Virus record (IMG/VR): IMGVR_UViG_3300022698_000087
Span: 1-63,855 of that record
DNA: 63,855 nt
From: a virus
Lineage: Duplodnaviria; Caudoviricetes
Reading direction: 5' to 3' (one strand)
Under the pieces are notes generated by a model. It saw nothing but the letters and a program-made list of their open reading frames with translations, was not told the DNA's origin and did not search any database. The position numbers and the translations under genes are program-made. Position 1 is the first letter of the stretch. Each line of letters starts with the position of its first letter. Shown here in pieces: positions 27,584 to 36,879 of this stretch.

Positions 27584-30445
27584 TTATCTCCCAAAGAGGC
27601 CTGAGCCGAAGGTGCCGATTCCAAAACCGCCACTGGCTAAAGCGTACAGGTTATCAAAAATCAAGACGGCGTAGGCGTCGTCACTACTGGACGGTGCATC
27701 TATCCGAAGAAGCAGCTCGTCACTTGTGGTTGAATCGGTATGTCTTACCTCAATGATGTCCCCGGCAGTCACTCCGGCCAAATTACCGGCCGTGTTTCCT
27801 GCGGCAATTACAGTCGTCAGCGTACCGCCGTTTACCTTCACCTGAAGATCTGAGGCAATGGCCCCTTCCAGGCTGAATGCATAGGTGCCTGTTGTTGGGG
27901 CCGTGTATTGCTCTGACAGCTGACCAGTGTCGATAATGCCTAGATACTGCTCACCTGTAAGCTCTGATGTCACAGACACAAAAGCCTTTGTTTCCTGCAG
28001 AGCCTCATAAGTGACAGTGCTATAGACATGCTTTGTTGCAACTGCAACTGTCATCTCAGTAGGAAGCCCATCGAAATACCGAATAAGCTTCGTCCTACCT
28101 GGGCCTGTGATGGATGCAGCTCCACCATTCCAGGCCCCTGTGATGACCGCCACGGCCCCATCGTATATCTTCACGGCGTATTCCGTCGTATTGGCTGAAG
28201 GAAAGTCTCCGTTGATTGTGGAGGCGTCCACGCCTAACTGAGACAGCTCATCATAGATTCGGTAGTCTCTTCGATTGAAATCCAGCGACACACCTGAATC
28301 GATGCTGATACTTGTTGGCCACAGAACACTATTGATCTCCAGCTCGGTCGGAGGATAGGGTCTACGCTCTCTGTAGTCCGTCGTAACCTGCATAACCACC
28401 AGATCCGGGTCCGTCGTGCTAACCTCCTCATCCTCATCGTCATATGGCAACAGGCGAACGTCAACCGTCGTGTCTGGGTCTACCACTGTGGTCATCAATG
28501 GCATTTTGCCCAGAAGGGTGACGGTCTCGCCTTCGATGTGTGAGGTAGGAGCTGAGTCCAGCATTCCTCGGTAACACCCAGAGAGGCGTATTCCGTCCGT
28601 GATCGCGGTCGATGATTGAAAGGCCACGAACTCATCACCTATCTTGACCAAATTGTATAGATTATTTCCTATATCATAATCTGACGCAGTATCTGTGGCC
28701 ATCCCGGCGTTGTTTGGATCGACCATGATGATGTCGATGGTTGTGTCGTCTTGAGCAATGGCCGAATCAAGGTTGGCCATGATAACAAAGTCTGATGACT
28801 GACCCGCGTCATAATACGTCCCAGCCGGAGGAGACCCATTACGCTGTTGAATGTAGTATCCAGATTCTCCCTGCTTCGTGGACTGCCCAGAGGTTAGAAC
28901 TCGGCCTTCCGTGGCAAGCTCATCTCTACGGCTAATGGCGTATGGTGCTTCTATTGCTAACTGCTCATCCTCATCGAATGGGATAAGGTCTGTTTCAATG
29001 AACGTCCCTGTTTTGGATGTCACCCCGAACGAACTATCGGTCCAATTGAATACATCTTGAACAACTGAGATGGTTATGGTCTGCGAATCATAAGTGCCGA
29101 AATCCACCTCTGTGACACGCATTGGTAGATCTGTGATAACTACTTTTCCATGAGAGAAGTTGAACAGCAGAACTTCCCCCTTATGCGTATCATGCAGAGA
29201 TCGATCCACAACGAATCGGCCCTTGCTTAGAGGATACGATGCTGCCCTAAGCTCTCTCCAAGCTATGGAGCTGGCCAGGGCCTTATCCTTAACACCATCA
29301 AGCTTAATGGTTAGGGGAACTATCTGTCCCTGGATAAGGATATTGGCCTGATCTTGGGCGGGCTGATAGTTCCAATCATAGGCGTCCGTCAGAGACCGGT
29401 CCCTGAACTTAACTCGAACACTGTTTGGTGTGCCGTGCCATGTTGATCTCTGAAAATCCATCACTTGTTTAATGTTGGACGCATCGAGACTTCTCAAAGA
29501 ACCGATGGAATAATCTTCTCGGACAAGCGTACATCTCCACTGGCCCGTATATGGATCTTGCCAGAACGAACCCGCAATTTGCTTCTCAATCATTGCCAGA
29601 AGCTCATCGCCAGTCATCTCACTTGATGCAGTGTAGGAAAATCCATTCCCTTCACTGTAGAGAGTATCAGCTACAGATCGAAACTCAGCCTTATTTACTG
29701 ATATGTCACCATCAGAAGCATAGCCCCACCGTGTATTCGTGAGCACCTCGTATCCCACCTCCATGGGATTGGCGTCGTCCGAATTTACTATTGGATAAGT
29801 GCAGGCAAGATCGGTAGGAATGCGTTGCACCTCGAATGACCAAGGCTTCACTGACGGACTCTTCCCGATATAGCCTTGCTCAAATACCACATGAGCAGTG
29901 CCTCGATATGCTGGACATGGATCTTGAAACGTATCTTTATAGGTCCAACCAATACTTAGTGGAAGCAGTGATACTAGCTTTCTTCGATCCCTCTGAGGCG
30001 TAGACAGATAGGTAGAGACATTCTGAGTCGAGTTTCCTGGGTAAAATGTCACGTACCCCTTGACACCACCTCCCTTGATCCAGAAACGAGTCTCTGTAGA
30101 TAGGCTGCCCTCCCACACCAGCTTATCACCGATCCAGATCTTGGATAGTGTCACCGGGCCCTCACAGATTGCCATCTGCATTCCAACGTAGTACTTATAT
30201 CCGACAGTCTGTGATCCTCCAAAGATGCCGGACGATTTGGTGATGGCCTTTTTGCTGAAGTCACCATACCAAATGACATTGGGCCCCTCTATTCTACTTT
30301 TGCCCCACTGCTTAGGGATGATGCGTCCGTGTGTCGCTGTTGGGAAATCAATATCCTCAAGCTTTGCAGAGGGGATCTTCACCTTTGCAGCAAGAAACTG
30401 CATTGCTATCTGGGCACCAACGAAAAGTAGGGCAAACCAAAACAT
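27584..30445 (-). CDS. Tail tip / central fibre hub protein (GTA-like Phage-tail_3)
   Basis: PTA..GR.IP..WG, PNVIWYGD, GYKYY.G, PAYRG, DANP; start ATG adjacent to upstream stop. Confidence 0.85.
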   Translation of the reverse strand: MFWFALLFVGAQIAMQFLAAKVKIPSAKLEDIDFPTATHGRIIPKQWGKSRIEGPNVIWYGDFSKKAITKSSGIFGGSQTVGYKYYVGMQMAICEGPVTLSKIWIGDKLVWEGSLSTETRFWIKGGGVKGYVTFYPGNSTQNVSTYLSTPQRDRRKLVSLLPLSIGWTYKDTFQDPCPAYRGTAHVVFEQGYIGKSPSVKPWSFEVQRIPTDLACTYPIVNSDDANPMEVGYEVLTNTRWGYASDGDISVNKAEFRSVADTLYSEGNGFSYTASSEMTGDELLAMIEKQIAGSFWQDPYTGQWRCTLVREDYSIGSLRSLDASNIKQVMDFQRSTWHGTPNSVRVKFRDRSLTDAYDWNYQPAQDQANILIQGQIVPLTIKLDGVKDKALASSIAWRELRAASYPLSKGRFVVDRSLHDTHKGEVLLFNFSHGKVVITDLPMRVTEVDFGTYDSQTITISVVQDVFNWTDSSFGVTSKTGTFIETDLIPFDEDEQLAIEAPYAISRRDELATEGRVLTSGQSTKQGESGYYIQQRNGSPPAGTYYDAGQSSDFVIMANLDSAIAQDDTTIDIIMVDPNNAGMATDTASDYDIGNNLYNLVKIGDEFVAFQSSTAITDGIRLSGCYRGMLDSAPTSHIEGETVTLLGKMPLMTTVVDPDTTVDVRLLPYDDEDEEVSTTDPDLVVMQVTTDYRERRPYPPTELEINSVLWPTSISIDSGVSLDFNRRDYRIYDELSQLGVDASTINGDFPSANTTEYAVKIYDGAVAVITGAWNGGAASITGPGRTKLIRYFDGLPTEMTVAVATKHVYSTVTYEALQETKAFVSVTSELTGEQYLGIIDTGQLSEQYTAPTTGTYAFSLEGAIASDLQVKVNGGTLTTVIAAGNTAGNLAGVTAGDIIEVRHTDSTTSDELLLRIDAPSSSDDAYAVLIFDNLYALASGGFGIGTFGSGLFGR

Positions 30446-31239
30446 TATAGTCCCTCGAAAGGATTCCCAGCCAAGTATGGACATCCGTCAAAGTTATCTG
30501 TATTAGAGAACTTTGATAAGCATGTCTCAATTGTCCTATCACATCCAGCAAAGACATCCACAGACTCAGCCAATACCGTAGAATAGAATGGAAGGGACAA
30601 AGTCAGGACATCTCCTGTTTGATCGATAATTAACCTATGATCCTCAACGCCCAAAGCGACGTATCCTCCTGTAGCCCATCCTGTGCCTTTCGATGCAGAA
30701 AGCCCAGGGACGGTGATGGTACGTCCAGACACAGCCGACACGTTGCCTGTGAATTTATAGGACGACTTCAGGATCGTGCAGCCGGTGCTGAATAATACAT
30801 GGTTGCAGGTGTTCTGAAAAGTCCTATCGGTGATTGACTTACTGTAGGCACTTGCTGATGGGATGACCATCAGGTCAGCACTTGACATGTCATTCGTAAA
30901 CATCACATTCCTGATCTCTCCAGTGAAGACCATCTGAACGTCACTCGGGAGAGATCTGTGATATGCATGAATTGCCAAGTAGCATAGGCTACTTGGGCTC
31001 ATGTTCAAAAACATCACAGGAAAGTCATGATCGGACGGAAGTGTTACCCTAACTTCCTCTGAAGCTTTGGATGTGATCGATCCTCGCTTGATCTCAAGAG
31101 GCTCATAATCATATCCGCCATATGAGATCGCTGCCTCGACAGAGTTATGGACGAAGAACGCCTCGCTACCCACCGTGAGGGTATAAAGCTCTACCTTACT
31201 TCCACCAGCTGCCGAAGCCTCTATGTCCGAAAAGGCCAT
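30445..31239 (-). CDS. DUF2163/BR0599 baseplate hub (Fe-S tail tip) protein
   Basis: C.H.L....C and GCD....C..KF.N..NF.G.P. Confidence 0.85.
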   Translation of the reverse strand: MAFSDIEASAAGGSKVELYTLTVGSEAFFVHNSVEAAISYGGYDYEPLEIKRGSITSKASEEVRVTLPSDHDFPVMFLNMSPSSLCYLAIHAYHRSLPSDVQMVFTGEIRNVMFTNDMSSADLMVIPSASAYSKSITDRTFQNTCNHVLFSTGCTILKSSYKFTGNVSAVSGRTITVPGLSASKGTGWATGGYVALGVEDHRLIIDQTGDVLTLSLPFYSTVLAESVDVFAGCDRTIETCLSKFSNTDNFDGCPYLAGNPFEGL

Positions 31240-33716
31240 TACGTGATTACCTCTTTAACTGCCACCATGCACTTTGATTGTCCAAGTGCATTATAGTGTA
31301 TCAAAACAATGTCATCTGTGTCAAGCCTAACTTCGGATAAAAACTCGATTCTGTTGATATCATCCACGGCGATATCGTATGGCCATGCAGCATCAACTGT
31401 AATCTGCTCCTCGGCGGTACTGTTCTCTACGCTGGCGGTAATCTCTCGATCAAGGACTGTGCCGTCTACGAGATGAACTCGAATATACTTCTTAGATTCT
31501 CGTTGATATGCGTTAAGTGCATATCCAACATTGTCCATAATCAACGCCGTACTTCCTATGGATAGATCTTGGTTTGGAAGTAGATCCTTCGAGAATGTGG
31601 GAATGTAAAATGTCACCCACCTACCCTTCAGGCTGTGAAGAAGTTGTCTAAGCTCCCAAAGCTCTTGGCGGCTCTTGGTGACGAAGCCCTTAACACTGTT
31701 TCTTTTTGAGTGACCCCATAGATCATACTGTGAAAACACGCCCGTCGTATTGTCTCTGGTGTACACTCTAGTCTCGAACACTTCCTCCAGAGATCCATCA
31801 ACTACATTAGGTCCGTCCAGCAAGACCTTTCCGCCAAACGTATTCCATGCACCTGTGTCTGCAATGTCATTCTCCGTGGCTAGGGTGTATACCCTAAGCT
31901 TCACTTGCTGATCGTTATTCAGTGATTTCACTGATGGAGTGGTTGGCTCTACGTATGCAGCCATGAGAGGCATCACTTGCGTGCCAATAGCGTGTGAGTT
32001 AGTCACCGCAGAATCAAGTTCGATGGTGGTAGAGGTCATCGACACAATTTCTCTTGTGTCATACGTATACTTATCCGTTAGGACAACAACGTATCCACCT
32101 ACGTAGAAGTTGGCGTAGCTTGTTGTATTTACATTGATTGTTGTTGTCGTACCAGCAACCGCCGCTGAGGTCAAGAATGACGGCTCATGCCATGCCGGGA
32201 CAGCAACGATCTTTGATTGCCTATCATACAGGAACAGCTCCATCCGTCTGCGGTCTTCCGAGATGCTCATCTCGAACATCCCTCTAGGGTACTGTCTTCC
32301 TGATGTTCTTTGCTCCGTCCCATTGATCTTTTCGATGATCTTCGTATCAAACTGTATGTGCTCCCTGAGCGGAGACTCCGGTCGAATCGGAAGAAGCACA
32401 ATCCTAGTACCTGTGATTGTGATGGTGTACTCTTCTCCAGTTGACAGCGTAAGAGTGTAGGTCGAATCAATTCCGAATCCACCAGAGAGACCGACGTTTA
32501 CAATGAATTGAAGTCCGCTCTGAGAATCGATATTAAACGGAGTTGCAGGGACGCCTGTCACAGTGACACCTGTTGCTAGATCTGACGTAATACTGGATAC
32601 CGTTATCGCATCATTCCTATCTGCGTTGTACAGCTCACAGTTTATCGTCGTCGCACTGATGATGTTGCCGAGAGCCTGAACCGTTCTGGGTATAAGGTGA
32701 GCGTGCTCAAACCATTGGGCATCAATGGCATCGAACTCACCACCAGTATGTTCGTTTTGATCCATTGCGGTTTGATCGATATGCTCATCTGACCCAAGCC
32801 CAGGGATCTCGGCCATCTCTTGTGGTCTTGGGGCCGATCCTACTGAGATTCCTCCTATGGCTATGCCCGCATCCCATCCAGTACCATCAGCTGTATCAGG
32901 ATCATCCATCAATGTCCCAACGTTGTAGATCGAACTGGAGTCTGGAGCTATAGTCATAACTCCTTCACCAGAGAATGTGATTACAGGTCTGTAGGTGACA
33001 TTGGGGGCGACGATCATACTGCCAGTTCCCGTGAATGTAACCGCCACATACTCCGTCGAACCGCCTCCTGGAGGATCTACCGGGGGGTCATCACCTGTGT
33101 AGGATGGACTACTTACCTCAGTGAGGGTTGCCCCACCCATCTCATCAGTCCCATCTGTTCCAAGAATGTGGTGAGCTTGAAGATTGGCATACTGAATATC
33201 CTGTGGATTGGTTCCAGCTGCCAATGATGCGATCTCTGCCCCGGATAGAGCAATGTCCCACATCGCAAAGTGAGCAAGCTGACCCGTGTAGTAAACTCCA
33301 GGAGAGCTACTTCCATATCTGCATCCAAGGCTCACATGTGTTGTAGATCCAGCTGCCTGTGACGTTGTGGTCTGAGCGTAAGATGCACCGTCTAGGTACA
33401 CCTCTCTATTGTTATCACTTGTAAACACCACAACAGCACAATGCCAAGTGCTGTTCTGAGGATATGGTGACGCACAGAAGGTGTATGCCCAACCTGAATT
33501 GTATGAGGCAACCGCGATTGGATAATTAGGACTCTGATCTCCACGCAGCTGACATTGGTTCTGCTTATTACTGCCATCGTCGTCAGAGACCATGATGGCA
33601 TTGCTGCTGCTTTGTGAAACATCAGATGTCTTAAACCACACCAGTATCGTCTTTGGATAGGCGTTTACTGGTGTGGTTCTATATGCGTAATTTGATCCGC
33701 TAAGAACTAAGGACAT
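31239..33716 (-). CDS. Distal tail-like virion protein with N-terminal LamG/ConA domain
   Basis: WH..V.....YLDG...G.LA..A.W..ALS..EI (LamG); C-terminal EQR, L.G....F..P, RLD.D. Confidence 0.75.
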   Translation of the reverse strand: MSLVLSGSNYAYRTTPVNAYPKTILVWFKTSDVSQSSSNAIMVSDDDGSNKQNQCQLRGDQSPNYPIAVASYNSGWAYTFCASPYPQNSTWHCAVVVFTSDNNREVYLDGASYAQTTTSQAAGSTTHVSLGCRYGSSSPGVYYTGQLAHFAMWDIALSGAEIASLAAGTNPQDIQYANLQAHHILGTDGTDEMGGATLTEVSSPSYTGDDPPVDPPGGGSTEYVAVTFTGTGSMIVAPNVTYRPVITFSGEGVMTIAPDSSSIYNVGTLMDDPDTADGTGWDAGIAIGGISVGSAPRPQEMAEIPGLGSDEHIDQTAMDQNEHTGGEFDAIDAQWFEHAHLIPRTVQALGNIISATTINCELYNADRNDAITVSSITSDLATGVTVTGVPATPFNIDSQSGLQFIVNVGLSGGFGIDSTYTLTLSTGEEYTITITGTRIVLLPIRPESPLREHIQFDTKIIEKINGTEQRTSGRQYPRGMFEMSISEDRRRMELFLYDRQSKIVAVPAWHEPSFLTSAAVAGTTTTINVNTTSYANFYVGGYVVVLTDKYTYDTREIVSMTSTTIELDSAVTNSHAIGTQVMPLMAAYVEPTTPSVKSLNNDQQVKLRVYTLATENDIADTGAWNTFGGKVLLDGPNVVDGSLEEVFETRVYTRDNTTGVFSQYDLWGHSKRNSVKGFVTKSRQELWELRQLLHSLKGRWVTFYIPTFSKDLLPNQDLSIGSTALIMDNVGYALNAYQRESKKYIRVHLVDGTVLDREITASVENSTAEEQITVDAAWPYDIAVDDINRIEFLSEVRLDTDDIVLIHYNALGQSKCMVAVKEVIT

Positions 33717-34102
33717 TAGTCAATTTCCACAGTAAGATCACCAGCAGGAATCTCTATATTCACACCTGTTGTGACAGCGATGGATGATAGGCTCAGATCT
33801 GCTAAGGAAATCACCATCAACAGATTTCCAGACGTCAACGCATCATACAACGCGAAGTGTGTGATGGTCCCCTGGTTTCCAGTTGCTATGTCGAATGTGA
33901 TGTCTGCATCGTTCGTGACATTCTGACTATCTCCTGGAAGAGACGTAAGGGTATACGAACCAAACGCCTCTCTGGCGTACCCATTACCTGTTGGCTCCGT
34001 GAAAGAGGACTCGGTCGCCGCTGTACCATAGGCCACATACACCGTAAAGTCAGTGAACATTGTATCTAGAAGATGATGCTCCATGTAGTCTGAAAAGCTC
34101 AT
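33716..34102 (-). CDS. Virion structural protein
   Basis: SDY.E..LLD, E..G.GYAR, ITHFALYDA.TSGN. Confidence 0.75.
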   Translation of the reverse strand: MSFSDYMEHHLLDTMFTDFTVYVAYGTAATESSFTEPTGNGYAREAFGSYTLTSLPGDSQNVTNDADITFDIATGNQGTITHFALYDALTSGNLLMVISLADLSLSSIAVTTGVNIEIPAGDLTVEID

Positions 34103-35133
34103 TATGTCACCTTATTGTAAATGATTCCCATGTTCCAGGACTCTTGGTTATTGTTGAGGATTCGAGCCTTCCTTACTCCAGGAAACGCCATCCAAGTTTC
34201 ACCGCCAACAGCAATCTCTTCATCTGGATCAATGCCGTCCAAATGAATCATCCCGACATTCTCCATCTTTCCGAGATAATACCAGTTCTGGCTTCCACTC
34301 CCTGCATCACCATCTATGTAGAAGAAGTGGTTGGGAATGATCGGAATGAATCCATTCTGAAGATCCGGAACCATCCATCCAAATTGTCTAACCGCAATAC
34401 CATTTCTAATGTTACATGAAATACGAACACGGTCAGTTCCACCTCTATCTGTACCAAGCAATGCGTCGGAGGAGCTTGCATTACAGCAATGTCCCCACTT
34501 CCCTCCACTTGGCTGACTTGGAAGACCTTCACAATGAAGCGTGGCCCCCGCATCAATGCCATAGTTATACGTTCCACCTGTTGGATAGTATCCTCCATCA
34601 GTTAGAATGCTGTGGGGAACGCCGTTTGGTGCGTCATACTGACCAAAGTTGTCTTGAGGATTCCAGTGGTGTCCGCCACACCATGCTCCTCCGGTCCACG
34701 TCCCATGCTTCGTGATCTGCCCAAACCCGAAGTGCCGGTAAAGCCCAGGAGAGAATTCGAGGACGATATGAATGGCGTAGGGATTGGTGTAGGCGAAGAA
34801 GTGGTACGCCGTGAATGGTCCTGCCCCTATGTTGTTAACGTTTCGACCAGAGTAGATATTGGCCAGAACCGAATTTCCATTCCCTGAGTCGTCTGCCTGA
34901 AGCCACGGAGTTTGGGCGGACCCACCAGCATACCCCAACGCCTGATACATGGCGATGTGGTCGGTGGTATCCCAATAGAATGTCACATAGACATCATCGG
35001 CCGGTCGGCTAATGGACAGGAAGTGATTCACTGCATCGTAATTATCTACGGTGAATCCATTGGCAGCGACGAACGTTTGAAGATCGCTCATTAGATCAGT
35101 TTGGTCTGTGGCCGTAGATGTCTGATATGCCAT
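34102..35133 (-). CDS. Virion structural protein (YuA-like tail module)
   Basis: MAYQT.TA start, YRHFGFG motif; position after tape measure. Confidence 0.7.
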   Translation of the reverse strand: MAYQTSTATDQTDLMSDLQTFVAANGFTVDNYDAVNHFLSISRPADDVYVTFYWDTTDHIAMYQALGYAGGSAQTPWLQADDSGNGNSVLANIYSGRNVNNIGAGPFTAYHFFAYTNPYAIHIVLEFSPGLYRHFGFGQITKHGTWTGGAWCGGHHWNPQDNFGQYDAPNGVPHSILTDGGYYPTGGTYNYGIDAGATLHCEGLPSQPSGGKWGHCCNASSSDALLGTDRGGTDRVRISCNIRNGIAVRQFGWMVPDLQNGFIPIIPNHFFYIDGDAGSGSQNWYYLGKMENVGMIHLDGIDPDEEIAVGGETWMAFPGVRKARILNNNQESWNMGIIYNKVT

Positions 35134-35134
35134 A

Positions 35135-36877
35135 TTACTCTTCCTTTATCGCGAAGAAGTAGTTTCTGTTTGTCTTGTTGCAGTTAGAGAAGGCTCTGTA
35201 CCTTGTGGTCCCAATGATGATTCTGCTCTCAGATGTCACGATCCCTGCCGGATTGAACTTAAATACTCCACGCATGTTTCCATACATCTTACTATCATAG
35301 TAGTTTATGACCGTACACGGAATCAACGTGAATTCCCCATTCGGCCCCTTTAGGGCGTCTTGATTGGAGGATATCGTGACATCATCTGTGAATATTGACG
35401 CCCACGTCTGATTATCATTTCCATACCAATTGTTTGGAGCAGCCTGTGCTGAGTAGTCACATCCTGCTCCTGGTTGGATCTTACCCGCAAGATTGAATGT
35501 TGTAGGAATACCGCTGCTTAGATACCAGTTCTGGATAATCTTCCAGCTCCCATCGGGAGAACGCAAATGTCCCGGCCCGACGTTTGAGCTTGATGCTCCT
35601 GGATGATCCATTCCAGCGTAATCAACACCAGAGTAATCATAAGGATATCCACTTACGAGATTACCAACCAACAGCTGTGAGTAGGCGTATTCACTATCAG
35701 TTAGATAGGCATCTAACTCTCCAAGATACATGTTCGGATATACTGAACCAACCTTGAAGGCACCTACGATTCTTGTATCCTGCACCGATATCCAGTAGCT
35801 GATGGATGCGGGGACAGTGCCTCCCGATAGTGGAACATAGCACGCTTTCGGACTGGAACTTCCAGGCTGCTCATCCCACGGCGTAGAAAGAGAATTGAAC
35901 CCCGTGAACCCGCACAGCTCGTACAGGTAAGCGTCGTCAGGAGATGTCACCTTAAAACCACGCCACCCCAAGTACTGGTCGGATGTAGTATTGTGGATCA
36001 TCAAGTACTTGGTTTCGTAAGTGTCGTCATCCCACGCCATAGTGAGCGTCAGACCAGATCCAGTTCCACCGGATGTAGCAGCTGCATTACTAGGGGTGGT
36101 GCTGTATTCACCTGCGGTGATAATAGTGACGGCCGTAGGTACACCAGCACTTACCGTATCAATTCTAACCGTGCAAGGATCTGTGTATGTCCCACCCACA
36201 ACTGTCACTATGTCATTCTCTGTGTATCCAGTTCCAGCCGCAGAGATCACAGCAGCTGTTGCCTCCTGCTCTTCATAATCCACCAATACCTCCCACGCCG
36301 TATCAGTGTATGTCACCGTGAACTTCGCCCCGGTGCCAGAGCCGCTGGAGGTATTCTGGCTGACTGGATTACTGGCCTGCGACGTATACACACCTGAATC
36401 TGAGATATGCACCCCAGTAATGATGCCGGTCTCTGAGCTAAAGGTCAGATCGACCGTCAGGCTCGTGCCAGATCCATCGGTAGTCGTAGCCACAGGATTA
36501 CTGGGTGTTGCCGAACAGATCCCTGGGTTATTGACCTGAAGCCCAGTGACGACTCCGCTGGATTCCGATGTCACCTCTAGCTCCGGTGTGACACTGTACG
36601 TACCTGAATCAGGATAGATCTTGTCTCCAACCGAATAACCAGATCCGCCAGCGTTAACCGCAGCCACAGTCACAATGTCACCAGAACTAATTGAGATCAC
36701 TTCAAGCTCGGGCTCGTGATATTTGGTGCCACTTGCCAACGTTATTGTATCACCGAGGGCATAGTCGGTTCCTCCGTCATACACTGTAACAGCAGATATA
36801 TGGTCATCCTGAACCAAATTGCTGAGCTGATCCAGCATGTCCTGATAGTCCGTAGCTGTTCCCTTGAACCAAGCCAT
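35135..36877 (-). CDS. Virion structural protein with three inserted beta-rich 'GG.GY..GD' domains
   Basis: MAW.KGTA start; three repeat units. Confidence 0.75.
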   Translation of the reverse strand: MAWFKGTATDYQDMLDQLSNLVQDDHISAVTVYDGGTDYALGDTITLASGTKYHEPELEVISISSGDIVTVAAVNAGGSGYSVGDKIYPDSGTYSVTPELEVTSESSGVVTGLQVNNPGICSATPSNPVATTTDGSGTSLTVDLTFSSETGIITGVHISDSGVYTSQASNPVSQNTSSGSGTGAKFTVTYTDTAWEVLVDYEEQEATAAVISAAGTGYTENDIVTVVGGTYTDPCTVRIDTVSAGVPTAVTIITAGEYSTTPSNAAATSGGTGSGLTLTMAWDDDTYETKYLMIHNTTSDQYLGWRGFKVTSPDDAYLYELCGFTGFNSLSTPWDEQPGSSSPKACYVPLSGGTVPASISYWISVQDTRIVGAFKVGSVYPNMYLGELDAYLTDSEYAYSQLLVGNLVSGYPYDYSGVDYAGMDHPGASSSNVGPGHLRSPDGSWKIIQNWYLSSGIPTTFNLAGKIQPGAGCDYSAQAAPNNWYGNDNQTWASIFTDDVTISSNQDALKGPNGEFTLIPCTVINYYDSKMYGNMRGVFKFNPAGIVTSESRIIIGTTRYRAFSNCNKTNRNYFFAIKEE

Positions 36878-36879
36878 AT

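Noticed and set aside
26718-36877. Diversity-generating retroelement or invertible tail-fibre cassette
   Set aside because: No reverse transcriptase, invertase or TR/VR pair seen
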